From a virus, in UHGV virus genome UHGV-0116964: DNA of 41,926 nt; one strand, given 5' to 3'. Position numbers and translations under genes: made by a program. The notes under the pieces were generated by a model. The model had not been told where the DNA came from and searched no databases. It saw only the letters and a list, made by a program, of their open reading frames with translations. Position 1 is the first letter of the stretch. Every line of letters begins with the position of its first letter. This document shows, one piece after another, positions 1-8,651 of this stretch.

Positions 1-2
1 TT

Positions 3-41
3 TGTGTACACTTTTGTGTACCCAAAAACAAAAATGTGTAC
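3..41 (+). repeat. Three direct copies of TGTGTAC at the 5' end of int (about 3-9, 15-21, 35-41); possible integrase arm-type sites
   Basis: Copies read directly from the sequence; function inferred. Confidence 0.3.
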
Positions 42-48
42 CCATTCA

Positions 49-1242
49 ATGATCACCGACACAAAGCTCAGGAAGGCGCTCGGCAAGAAAAGAGATGATA
101 TCGAGATTATTTCTGATTCGCACGGGCTCAACGCCAGAATCAGCCAGGCCGGAAAAATATCATTTTTCTATCGGTATCGCTGGGCCGGTAAAGCGGTAAA
201 ACTCAATGTTGGTGATTATCCTGCAATGAGTATCACCCAGGCAAGAGAGCGTCGCCAACAATTCAGAAACTGGTTAACTGAGGGACTGGATCCGCGAGAG
301 CAGGTGAAGCTGGATAAGCAGACCCGACAGGAAGCGATGTCCGTTGCCGAAGCGTTCAATTACTGGATTGAAAGGCACTGTATCGCTAACGGGCTAGTTA
401 AAGTCGATTACTATCGCCAGGTGTTTGAGAAACATATCGCCGAACCGATGAAGAATGTCAAAGTCGATAACACAGCGAAAATGCACTGGATCAACGTCTT
501 CGATTCTATAGAAAGCAGGGTGATGGCTCATTACATGCTTTCGCTGTGCAAACGGGCGTTTAGGTTCTGCGTTAACAGAAGTGTGATCGCCTCAAACCCA
601 CTCGAGGGATTACTGCCATCTGATGTCGGGCAAAAGCCTAAAAAGAGAACTCGCAGGATGGACGATGACGATCTGCGCAAAATCTATCAGTGGTTGAAAA
701 GCCATATGTCGATAGAGTCCGTTTTCCTGGTGAAATTTATTATGCTTACCGGATGCCGTACGGCTGAGATTCGACTTAGTGAGAGATCATGGTTTCGATT
801 GGATGATAATGAGTGGGTCGTGCCTGCGGGCAGTTATAAAACTCGGGTACATATTAGAAGGGGACTCTCAGACGCCGCCGTTAACCTGGTCAGAAATCAC
901 CTCAAGAAAATAAACACCAATCACCTGGTGACTTCACAACGTAAAATTGATGGCGGGATCAAAGATTCGCCCGTTCATTCACCTGTGGCATCCAATTACG
1001 CCCGTTCTATTTGGAATGGAACAGGTATGGCAGAGTGGTCGCTTCATGATATGAGGCGGACGATAGCCACAAATCTCTCTGAGTTAGGTTGCCCGCCGCA
1101 CGTAATTGAAAAGCTGCTCGGGCATCAGATGGTGGGGGTTATGGCGCATTACAACCTTCATGACTATATCGATGATCAGAAACACTGGCTCCGCGTTTGG
1201 CAGAGCCATCTTGAAGAGATCATCGGAGAGCCCTTCAGTTAA
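49..1242 (+). CDS. int: Tyrosine integrase (P4-type)
   Basis: Track ORF 4..1242; N-terminus [10 protein letters not shown]... from the ATG at 49 resembles P4-family integrase starts; C-terminal catalytic region (HDMRRT...LLGH...MAHY) fits the tyrosine recombinase fold. Start could also be 34 or 4; no clear SD. Confidence 0.85.
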
Positions 1243-1436
1243 TTTATCTTCTTTTTATCCTCCCACTCTTTGATTGACTCAGAGCGCCAGCGGTTAGGGT
1301 TGCCGGGCCAGTCAGGGGGTGGGAACGGGCATACGAAGCCCCGAGGCATTGTGTCTGCACTTTGCCATGACCAAAGGGTTTTGCGTGAAATTTTGTAGCG
1401 ACTGGTCAGGTCTGACGTTACCAAAATATCATCCAT
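1239..1436 (-). CDS. xis: AlpA/Xis-like HTH excisionase-type regulator
   Basis: Track ORF 1239..1481; the internal ATG at 1436 has a GGAGAGAG SD and gives a ~66 aa protein with an AlpA-like ISRKTLWSW...IKEWE motif; convergent with int, 3' ends overlap by 4 bp. Confidence 0.6.
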
Positions 1437-1477
1437 AGCTCTCTCCAGTTGCCCGTTCGGGCCATTCAAAATCTTTT

Positions 1478-1720
1478 TCAACCAACCTGCCCGGGCAGGG
1501 AGCGGAGACGGCGCATGCCGGTCATCGCTGTGGCCACGTAGCTCGCCTTTCGGTTCACCACCTCCACCCAGACTTTCACGCCTTCAACCTTCACCGTATA
1601 AGTCTCTTTCATCTTGCTTCGCCCATAGTCGCCATATGTTTGCAAGTGAGCTGCCAGCGCGATGTCGCATGCTTGGCGAGCTAAAGGTGATTGCTTACTT
1701 CCTCGATTGATCAGTCGCAT
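1478..1720 (-). CDS. Hypothetical small phage protein (YdaC position of Rac)
   Basis: 80 aa ORF with AAGGAG SD 5 nt upstream of the ATG; no recognised domain. Confidence 0.55.
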   Translation of the reverse strand: MRLINRGSKQSPLARQACDIALAAHLQTYGDYGRSKMKETYTVKVEGVKVWVEVVNRKASYVATAMTGMRRLRSLPGQVG

Positions 1721-1758
1721 ATAATCTCCTTGAGGGAGGGTTACCCCTCCCGGTTTCG

Positions 1759-2877
1759 TCAGGCCACGTATTCCGGTTTCATATCCGCCAGGGTGATGCT
1801 GAATTGATCGTGCAGTTCATCGCCTAAGTGACGCTTTGAAGATGCAAGCATGCGCTCGGCTTCAGCGAACCGTTCGGCTGCATGCGGCTCGTCGGGCTGG
1901 GGCAGGGATTTAATAGCCTCCTCAACCTTGTTGCGTGCATCCACTAGGTAATAACGCTTTACGGCTTTGTTTTTCAGCTCGGTGAATAGTGCGGATCCCA
2001 GCGTAGCTTTCGCCGTTTCAATGTCGGCACGCAGCGATTTGGCGCTATCCACGTCCTGAGCAGATTCGATGCGTTCGCGGAAATCATCGGCAAGAGAGTC
2101 GACATTTACCGACGATTCCTGTGCGCTTTGCGTGGTTGTGACGGTGTCACCTGAGATATCAGCCAGGCTAACGCGTTGCGGCGTTGGGTTGATCTCTTTT
2201 TCTGTGCGCTGTTCAATCTCATCAGGGGTGTACACACCAAGAACAACTGCAGGGCAATACAGGCGCGCCCAGTATTTGAGTGCCAGATAAGCGATCTGCT
2301 GTTTCGGGTTTGATACCCAAAGTGGAGAATTACGTGTGATTACGCTGGAGAGGAAAACAGGCTCTCCCCAGGTGATATCACTTTCACCGCGAATAACGGC
2401 ACCTACCCGTACCGACAGTCCTTGTTCATCAGCACTTTCCCAACCGCGTACCATTTCTTTCTTGTCGTACGTCCCGCCACCTTTCGCAGGCTTTTTAACG
2501 GTTATCTCGCGGCTGCTGGCACATTTCGACCAGTCGCCCTCGTACTCATAGTGAAAGCGGCCAACGATGGCGTTTGAGCTGGAGATCACCGCATTAACCA
2601 GTTGCGCTTCGTATCCCAGGACACCGTTAACCAGGTGCGTCTTTTGCGCCACGGCGTAAGGGTTCATACCCCACTGCATCGCCTGCATGATGATGGCCAT
2701 GCAGTCTGCCGGATTGCCGCGGAGGTGCTCAGGCACCGTTACGGCTGCCTGTGCCATCAACCCGGCGACAGACTGAAGCTGGGTTAAAGCCTGCACGTTG
2801 AAAATGGCATTGCTGGCTGAGATCGTGTTTGGAGTCTGCTGTTCAGCGGTTACGATATTCGTGTTTTCCATCATCAT
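1759..2877 (-). CDS. recT: Single-strand annealing recombinase (RecT/Red-beta family)
   Basis: 372 aa; AIIMQAMQWGMNPY...GYEAQL resembles the Bet/RecT core (lambda Bet ALLIVANQYGLNPW); lies immediately downstream of the RecE-like exonuclease in the same operon. Confidence 0.7.
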   Translation of the reverse strand: MMMENTNIVTAEQQTPNTISASNAIFNVQALTQLQSVAGLMAQAAVTVPEHLRGNPADCMAIIMQAMQWGMNPYAVAQKTHLVNGVLGYEAQLVNAVISSSNAIVGRFHYEYEGDWSKCASSREITVKKPAKGGGTYDKKEMVRGWESADEQGLSVRVGAVIRGESDITWGEPVFLSSVITRNSPLWVSNPKQQIAYLALKYWARLYCPAVVLGVYTPDEIEQRTEKEINPTPQRVSLADISGDTVTTTQSAQESSVNVDSLADDFRERIESAQDVDSAKSLRADIETAKATLGSALFTELKNKAVKRYYLVDARNKVEEAIKSLPQPDEPHAAERFAEAERMLASSKRHLGDELHDQFSITLADMKPEYVA

Positions 2878-2882
2878 TCCCC

Positions 2883-5800
2883 TTATGCCTGAGTACGCAG
2901 CGCTTCAAGGCGGCGCAGGTCGAAGTCGTTCAGTTCGTCGGTGTAGTCAGCAGTGATTGGCGCTGGCCATTCACCTGTGTCGAATCCGGTTGCGATATTG
3001 CGCATCGCTTTGCGGTACTCGAGCATACCCAGCTCCAGTAGTTCAGCGGATGCCTCGATGATGGCGATCCAGTGGTAGTTCTCGTCTTTGTTGACGAAAA
3101 TCCAGAAGAACTGATCCAGCGCTGCGGTTTCGCAGTACATAGCCGCGCTCAGGTGATAATCACGTTCAATAATTTCCCGGTGTAGCCTGGCGCGCAGGCT
3201 TTCCTGCTTAACATTCCACATGCTGATGGTTTTCAGGTCAGCACCGATACGCACGCCGTCTAGGTCGATCTCAAGATCAGGGCGCACACGAACTTCCAGT
3301 CCCGTCTCCTCGTCAAAGCCAAAGTAGCTCACCTCAACGGCGCGGCTCGGGTGGGTTAGCAGCATGCCTGCGGTCGGGTGTGCCAGAAGCGCTTTTTGAA
3401 TATTCAGCGCGGTGCTCAGCTGCTGGCGGGTGACCAGCACTTTTCCTTCCGGGTTATCGCGCCAGGCATCCAGCAGTTCGTCGGCAAATACGGCATCTGG
3501 TTTGACTGCCTTCACGGCCTGGATCATGTCTGCTTTGGTACCGGACACTTTCAGTGGTGCCGGTTTCTGTGCTTCCTGAGCCACAAGGTCAGGGTTGATG
3601 ATTGCCAACTGCTCCAGCAGCGCGTCACGGCTGCCGCTGGTTTTAACCGGCGGCGGCAGGGTGGCGTTGTACTCTTTAATGCATGCCTTCATTGCCGTCG
3701 CCGTCTGCTTCTGGTCACCATCAATACGCTGGAAGTCAGCTGGCAGCGCCATATAGTTCTGTGCCGTTTCTTCCAGGTTAGCGCCAAGCGGAACCTGCGG
3801 CGGCAGGGTGGCGTTGTACTCTTCCAGTAACACCTTGATGTCGTCGGCAGACAGCAGCGCCGGCAGGCTGGCATTGTGCTCATCGATAAAGGCGCGCAGG
3901 GTCGCGGCCGTTGTGAATGCGCCTTCAGGGATCACCGGTTCAACGCTGAATTCTGCGTCCAGTAGTTCAGGCTGCAACGCCAGCGCATGCACCAAGTTGC
4001 CCATGTCCAGCACCGCTGAGCGCTCTTTGACGATGGTTTTCTCTACGTGGCGCGCATTGAAGTACATCAGCGAAACGCGCGCATCTTTCACCTGGGTTGA
4101 GCTGATGCCGTTGGCGGCGTGGTAAACCTCGTTTGGCAGCCCTTCATAGCGGCCTGGCTCGAAATAAGCGGGATAAACAACAGCTGGTTCGTCAGATTGC
4201 GCTTCTGGCTCGGTTTGTGCTGCAACTGGTTCGGTTTGGCTTACAGAATCGCTATTTTTGGCGACAGAATCCGTATTCTGGTTTACATCGTCCTTCTGGC
4301 TGGTATCTGACTCTTCACCAGACTCCAGACTGCTTTCGCCTGGCTGTACTTCATCACCAACATTTTTTTCATCACTGACAGTTTCTTGAACCTGCACATT
4401 GCTGGTGGTTTCCGTAGCCTGTTTCGTGCCATGAGTTGCTGAGTTCTGCAGTAAAGCCGTAACATCGAATATTCCGTTGCCGACATTTTTAACCAGTTCT
4501 TGTTCGGCTTTATGTGGTTGTGCTGTCGCTTCCTCTGCGCGGCGGCGTGCTTCTTCTTCACGTACGCGTTGCAGGTTCTCTTCGTGAGTGCAGAAGGATT
4601 TGCGCGGAGACTCCTTACCTTCAGGTTGGGGAATTTCCTGTGCTGCGGGTTCAGCCTCATGCAACGGCAATAACTCGACCGCGGAATTGAACGCGGCTGT
4701 CATGGTCTGGTTAACAAATTCCAGGTGAGCGACAGGAGTTAAATGAATATTTTCCGGTGCGATACGTACCAGGTTAAAAATAGCCGTGCGGTTAACACCC
4801 AGAACGCCTGGCTGATTGCGCAGGATGTTGCTCCATGATTTCCATGGTTCTTCTTTTTTGGTCACGATTTCTTTAGCGCGACGAAGAATGCTGCCCGGGA
4901 TCTCGAAGTGGTTGAAGTCCATAGGCAGAAGGGCACATGCAATCTCTAAATCGAGAGTGTCAAGGGTATGGTATGTATCAGGTCCACGGTCAGTGACGTA
5001 ACCGCCGTTGGCATTGGTTCCGGAATCAGTACGCTGCACACTACTGATGCGATTACCGGCGGCCCATTCGCGAACAAGGATACCGCGGTCGATGTGATCT
5101 GTAGCGAACCACAATTTCAAAAACTGGATTAAGGTTGCGAGTTCAGGGATTTTTCCATCGACAGGGAAGACTTTCTTAACGGCATTCACGACTTTATGAA
5201 TATCGTGCTCAATGGCTTTTTTGAATGCTTCCACATTCTCAGCTGCCAGCAGCAGGTTCTGGACGTACGCGTCATCGGTGTCCATCTCAAGGCGGACAAT
5301 CTCATTTTTCTGCCCTGCGTCGATGTGATAGAGATATTCACCATCACCGATGAACTGAGCCAGTACGCGCTGGCGGAATGGCAGGGTGGCAACAACGATC
5401 AGGTTCGGTTGCTGTGTCTGCTGGGATTGCTCTTCGGTATCGACTTCACCATCAACGACGCCACCTTCTGCCCGGCCGTTCTCGTCGGTCTGGATACCGT
5501 CCTCAACAGTGAGATCTTGACCAGTTGTAACGTCAGCAGCGTTGCTGGTTTCAGTTTTGAGCAACTGCAACTTACCACTGCGCCAGTCTTCTACCAGTTG
5601 ATTGCGGTCACCGGCATCGGTGTTCACCCAGTCAGACATGAATGCAGCGATCAATCTTGGTTCGTGCTCTTCGTCTGGTGTGAAAATGTCCTTAACCGCC
5701 CGAATCATTTTCCACTCAGCATTCAGGCTGAGTTTGGCGGTCGCGGGCACATCGTTCCTTGCCACAAGCAGGCTATGGAGATATGTATTGCCTTCATCCA

Positions 5801-6272
5801 GTGACATTTCGCTGGCAGCCAACTGCTGCTCTTTAGTGACGTGGGTTTGGTATTTATCGTTCATCAGATGGACGGCAAAGCGGACCGCTGGAGTACGGTT
5901 TTCAACCGGGACAATTTCGGACGCAGTCGCATCTTCAACGATTACGGTCGGAGTAGGTGTGTAGGGGGCGTCAACGGAACCAGTAGACACACCAGCGGCT
6001 TTTGGCAGCCAGGTGCGCCCATCGTCCTGAAGCTCGTAGCGATCACACCAGGTAAAATCAACTTCACCTTCTTTCGGCAGACCGTCGACAACTGGGAAAT
6101 CAGTGCGAATCGGTTTGGCGTAGTCCTTACCCCGACCTGTTTCGATACCTGCATCTTCCAGCGCAACATCCAGCATCAGATTGGCGCGAGCCTCGGTTTT
6201 AGCAGTGAACCAGACCACTGCATCTTGCTTTCCGGATTTCTGAGTGGCTTTAACCACATTAAAGAATTCCAT
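2883..6272 (-). CDS. recE: Exodeoxyribonuclease VIII (RecE-like) with long N-terminal extension
   Basis: 1129 aa; C-terminal ~300 aa has the RecE/lambda-Exo-like nuclease look; long acidic/low-complexity N-terminal region; gene order recE-recT as in Rac. Confidence 0.7.
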   Translation of the reverse strand: MEFFNVVKATQKSGKQDAVVWFTAKTEARANLMLDVALEDAGIETGRGKDYAKPIRTDFPVVDGLPKEGEVDFTWCDRYELQDDGRTWLPKAAGVSTGSVDAPYTPTPTVIVEDATASEIVPVENRTPAVRFAVHLMNDKYQTHVTKEQQLAASEMSLDEGNTYLHSLLVARNDVPATAKLSLNAEWKMIRAVKDIFTPDEEHEPRLIAAFMSDWVNTDAGDRNQLVEDWRSGKLQLLKTETSNAADVTTGQDLTVEDGIQTDENGRAEGGVVDGEVDTEEQSQQTQQPNLIVVATLPFRQRVLAQFIGDGEYLYHIDAGQKNEIVRLEMDTDDAYVQNLLLAAENVEAFKKAIEHDIHKVVNAVKKVFPVDGKIPELATLIQFLKLWFATDHIDRGILVREWAAGNRISSVQRTDSGTNANGGYVTDRGPDTYHTLDTLDLEIACALLPMDFNHFEIPGSILRRAKEIVTKKEEPWKSWSNILRNQPGVLGVNRTAIFNLVRIAPENIHLTPVAHLEFVNQTMTAAFNSAVELLPLHEAEPAAQEIPQPEGKESPRKSFCTHEENLQRVREEEARRRAEEATAQPHKAEQELVKNVGNGIFDVTALLQNSATHGTKQATETTSNVQVQETVSDEKNVGDEVQPGESSLESGEESDTSQKDDVNQNTDSVAKNSDSVSQTEPVAAQTEPEAQSDEPAVVYPAYFEPGRYEGLPNEVYHAANGISSTQVKDARVSLMYFNARHVEKTIVKERSAVLDMGNLVHALALQPELLDAEFSVEPVIPEGAFTTAATLRAFIDEHNASLPALLSADDIKVLLEEYNATLPPQVPLGANLEETAQNYMALPADFQRIDGDQKQTATAMKACIKEYNATLPPPVKTSGSRDALLEQLAIINPDLVAQEAQKPAPLKVSGTKADMIQAVKAVKPDAVFADELLDAWRDNPEGKVLVTRQQLSTALNIQKALLAHPTAGMLLTHPSRAVEVSYFGFDEETGLEVRVRPDLEIDLDGVRIGADLKTISMWNVKQESLRARLHREIIERDYHLSAAMYCETAALDQFFWIFVNKDENYHWIAIIEASAELLELGMLEYRKAMRNIATGFDTGEWPAPITADYTDELNDFDLRRLEALRTQA

Positions 6273-6411
6273 GTGAGATCCTCATTTTTGGGTGTTAGAA
6301 TCCCCGGACCATTGATAGCGCCCATTGGGTTAACTTTGGTTTTAATGTTGTTTCCGGTGTAACTTTGGTCGGTACCACCGGACGTAGATCCCGCCTTGCG
6401 CGGGTTTTACG

Positions 6412-6573
6412 TTAGCCTTCGTGAGCCATCTGGTCGTGCGAAGCGCAACGTTTGGAGCAATACTCTTTTTCTTTGCGCGCCAGCTGTGAGCCGTTGCGAT
6501 AGAGAAGGGTGCTCTTGATTACTTCCTCCGTTTTAACCGGCTTGCCGCAATATCCGCATTTCTTGTCTAACAT
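6412..6573 (-). CDS. Small zinc-binding protein (YdaE-like), 53 aa, absent from the ORF track
   Basis: My own translation: MLDKKCGYCGKPVKTEEVIKSTLLYRNGSQLARKEKEYCSKRCASHDQMAHEG; CxxC...CxxxC pairs; GGAGG SD 6 nt upstream; same slot as ydaE next to recE in Rac. Confidence 0.45.
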   Translation of the reverse strand: MLDKKCGYCGKPVKTEEVIKSTLLYRNGSQLARKEKEYCSKRCASHDQMAHEG

Positions 6574-6584
6574 GACATCCTCCG

Positions 6585-6791
6585 CTAGTGGCTGAGTCCA
6601 TGCCCCAGACCGTTCAGATAAACTTCAACCAGCAAATCCTTGGTGTAAGTCATTTCTACGCCGCGATGCAGATACAAACGTCCGCGAGCGTTAGCTGATG
6701 CCGTCCAGGTTGAGTCTTTGTGTTTGACGAGCATCCCCGGCTGAACTGCGCCGCGGTTTACTGTCTGTGTACCGTAGTGCTGATGAACCAT
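6585..6791 (-). CDS. Small early protein at the Kil position, 68 aa (track ORF extends to 6935 via a TTG start)
   Basis: Internal ATG at 6791 preceded by GGAGAA; first gene downstream of the OL-like operator; function not recognised. Confidence 0.4.
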   Translation of the reverse strand: MVHQHYGTQTVNRGAVQPGMLVKHKDSTWTASANARGRLYLHRGVEMTYTKDLLVEVYLNGLGHGLSH

Positions 6792-7036
6792 GATGTTCTC
6801 CAGTTTTTCTGAGTGAACTTCGCTGGTGGTGCCGCGGCGCTGATCTTCACGGTTGAGCGTTTTAACTCTGCAATTCACCACCGCGAAGCTCACTCTGTGC
6901 TTTGCCCTTGTCGCCAGGCTGGCGGAACGTTTCAAACCTACTGCGCGTTAATCTCACCACCTCATTCCGGTCTTCGTATGCCCCGGACGGCTTCTTCGTG
7001 GGCGTCCTGCTTTGGTGGTTGTGTTGATGGAGTAAT

Positions 7037-7072
7037 TAAACACAATGTTTATTTGCGTGTCAACATAATGAG
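7037..7072. promoter_or_regulatory. OL-like operator pair (TAAACACAATGTTTA ... CAACATAATG)
   Basis: Palindrome TAAACA-CAA-TGTTTA is near-identical to the OR site TAAACA-TAA-TGTTTA at about 9107; the two cores are 23 bp apart at both loci. Confidence 0.5.
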
Positions 7073-7175
7073 TGTTTTTATATAAACAAAAAGTTTAGTT
7101 GGTTGCGCTCGTTGGCACGAGTAGTATGTTTTATGGTCTATTTTGTGGTTATAAAAAAATCGATGAGGGTGAGTT

Positions 7176-7382
7176 ATGGATCGTGACGAACTGGAAGAAG
7201 ACCGCGCAGCGTTTATTGCGGGGGAGATTGGTGGCGCAGTTGTCAGTCTGATAGCTAACGGGATTGTGATCAGCCGCGATGCGATTGTGGATAGTCTAGA
7301 GGCTAAGCGCAGGGTAGTGGGAAACGTCATTCACAAGTGGGTATTGCGGGATGCGGTTGCTATGGTGAGAAAAGGGCAATAA
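7176..7382 (+). CDS. Hypothetical 68 aa protein, convergent with the cassette
   Basis: Track ORF with GAGGGTGAG SD; ends in the shared bidirectional terminator; no recognised domain. Confidence 0.5.
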   Translation: MDRDELEEDRAAFIAGEIGGAVVSLIANGIVISRDAIVDSLEAKRRVVGNVIHKWVLRDAVAMVRKGQ

Positions 7383-7412
7383 AAAACCCAGTTCGGTAAC
7401 TGGGTTATTGCT
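7381..7412. terminator. Bidirectional intrinsic terminator
   Basis: AACCCAGTT-CGGT-AACTGGGTT hairpin flanked by an A-run upstream and T-rich downstream; strongest on the minus strand, directly after cassette gene A. Confidence 0.6.
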
Positions 7413-7838
7413 TTATTCAACAGATGATGGGGGGGTCGGTGCTTTCTTAAAGATCGACCACTGAGAAATGTAGGTCAGCAACCTTGAGCTTAACTCGAGT
7501 TCTTTTCGTAATATTTCGTCATAACGTTTTTTTGCTGCTTGCATGGTCGCATCACTAGCGTGATTGTCATCCATAATGATCTTTAGCCTTTTCTTTTCTC
7601 GGCTTGAGCATATTGTAAATAACAGACCTGTAAATGACATTCCACCAAAATCCTTTAACGTTTTGATTACAAAAAGAAGAATCAAAGACAGAAAAGGAAC
7701 AGATCTGTAGGCCCAATCACGAAACTCACCGTCAGGAAAGAAGATAGGAATAGCATCTGTAGCATAACCACATATGAGGGAGACAATTAGAAAAGGTAGT
7801 CCATTTTTAGCTACATTTTTAACGTTATCGTTAGCCAT
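7413..7838 (-). CDS. Cassette gene A: ~141 aa membrane protein (hydrophobic N-terminal half, charged helical C-terminal tail)
   Basis: Track ORF 7413..7871; the ATG at 7838 has a GGGAAA SD and overlaps the gene B stop (ATGGCTAA); AT-rich codon usage. Confidence 0.6.
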   Translation of the reverse strand: MANDNVKNVAKNGLPFLIVSLICGYATDAIPIFFPDGEFRDWAYRSVPFLSLILLFVIKTLKDFGGMSFTGLLFTICSSREKKRLKIIMDDNHASDATMQAAKKRYDEILRKELELSSRLLTYISQWSIFKKAPTPPSSVE

Positions 7839-8214
7839 GATTTTTTCCCGAGAACGATTTCGAGTCAACATGTAACTTTTGTGTTTTGACTACATAATAC
7901 GCAAATCCAATCTTAACTAACCAATAAGCTACTGGTATGAGTGCTGCGTAAAGAGGGATATAGTACATAACCTTACCTCCTGTTAACCACACTATAACAC
8001 CTAGCATCACTATTAGCGCGACAGAAAATGCTTTCAGCCCAACACAGCTATCAGGATGTGAAACACTGTTCCTTAGCAACAATATCCTGGATTCATCAAG
8101 TGTGTAAGGAATATCGCCAACATGATTTTCGATTTTTGGGAAGGTCTCAAATACTTCAACCCGATCAATCGAAATAATTGAGCTTGATTGATGATCTAAG
8201 CAAACTGCAGCCAC
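7831..8214 (-). CDS. Cassette gene B: 127 aa protein with soluble N-terminal part and two C-terminal hydrophobic helices
   Basis: Track ORF; GTG start with GAGGG SD, 2 nt after the gene C stop; AT-rich. Confidence 0.6.
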   Translation of the reverse strand: MAAVCLDHQSSSIISIDRVEVFETFPKIENHVGDIPYTLDESRILLLRNSVSHPDSCVGLKAFSVALIVMLGVIVWLTGGKVMYYIPLYAALIPVAYWLVKIGFAYYVVKTQKLHVDSKSFSGKNHG

Positions 8215-8216
8215 TG

Positions 8217-8540
8217 TTATCCCTCTCGAACCTTTAGTGATACTCGGTTAGCAGCAAATGTGGCAATGAAACCACATTCTACACATATAACAGGGAATGC
8301 CCATATACCTCGGCCAGCTGAATGAGGTAGAGGAAGGGTAATTATTGCAGGATAGTCTTGACTATCTTCTCGTGGAGGAACTCCCCAAAGCGTATGCTTA
8401 CAAAGCGGACAGGCCATCTCGCCATGTTTTTCTTCGAGGCGTTGAAAATAATCTCGAAATTCTTGTCTTGATATTGATAGCGTCAATGCTGTTGTATTGA
8501 CACTTTCCTGACTTTTTTCTTCTTCAACCTGTTCGCCCAT
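8217..8540 (-). CDS. Cassette gene C: ~107 aa zinc-ribbon-like protein (CPLC...CVEC)
   Basis: Track ORF 8217..8552 (TTG start); internal ATG at 8540 with GAGAG SD; two CxxC pairs; acidic N-terminus. Confidence 0.55.
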   Translation of the reverse strand: MGEQVEEEKSQESVNTTALTLSISRQEFRDYFQRLEEKHGEMACPLCKHTLWGVPPREDSQDYPAIITLPLPHSAGRGIWAFPVICVECGFIATFAANRVSLKVREG

Positions 8541-8651
8541 CTCAGCTCTCAATATAATGATAATTAACTGGTAAGTGAATTTTGCATATCGTTAAGATGT
8601 ATCCCATTGGTACAGAAACATCTGAGGGGTAAGTAGCTTTTAACTACCGTG

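Noticed and set aside
1-48. tRNA gene at the left prophage boundary
   Set aside because: The window starts at most 48 bp upstream of int; no tRNA-like sequence is present within the window.
3378-6362. Many + strand ORFs of 60-200 aa inside recE (for example 3378..3830, 5196..5804, 5841..6362)
   Set aside because: They lie antisense to a long ORF with clear RecE-like features, have no SD sequences and low-complexity translations typical of GC-rich antisense frames.
6386-6410. Short GC hairpin (CCCGC-cttgc-GCGGG) followed by TTTT between the small zinc-finger ORF and recE
   Set aside because: Only a 5-bp stem, and the T-run is on the strand opposite to the operon; too weak to call a terminator.
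7100-7130. TGGCACG resembling the -24 element of a sigma-54 promoter
   Set aside because: No GC-containing -12 element (TTGC) at the required spacing.
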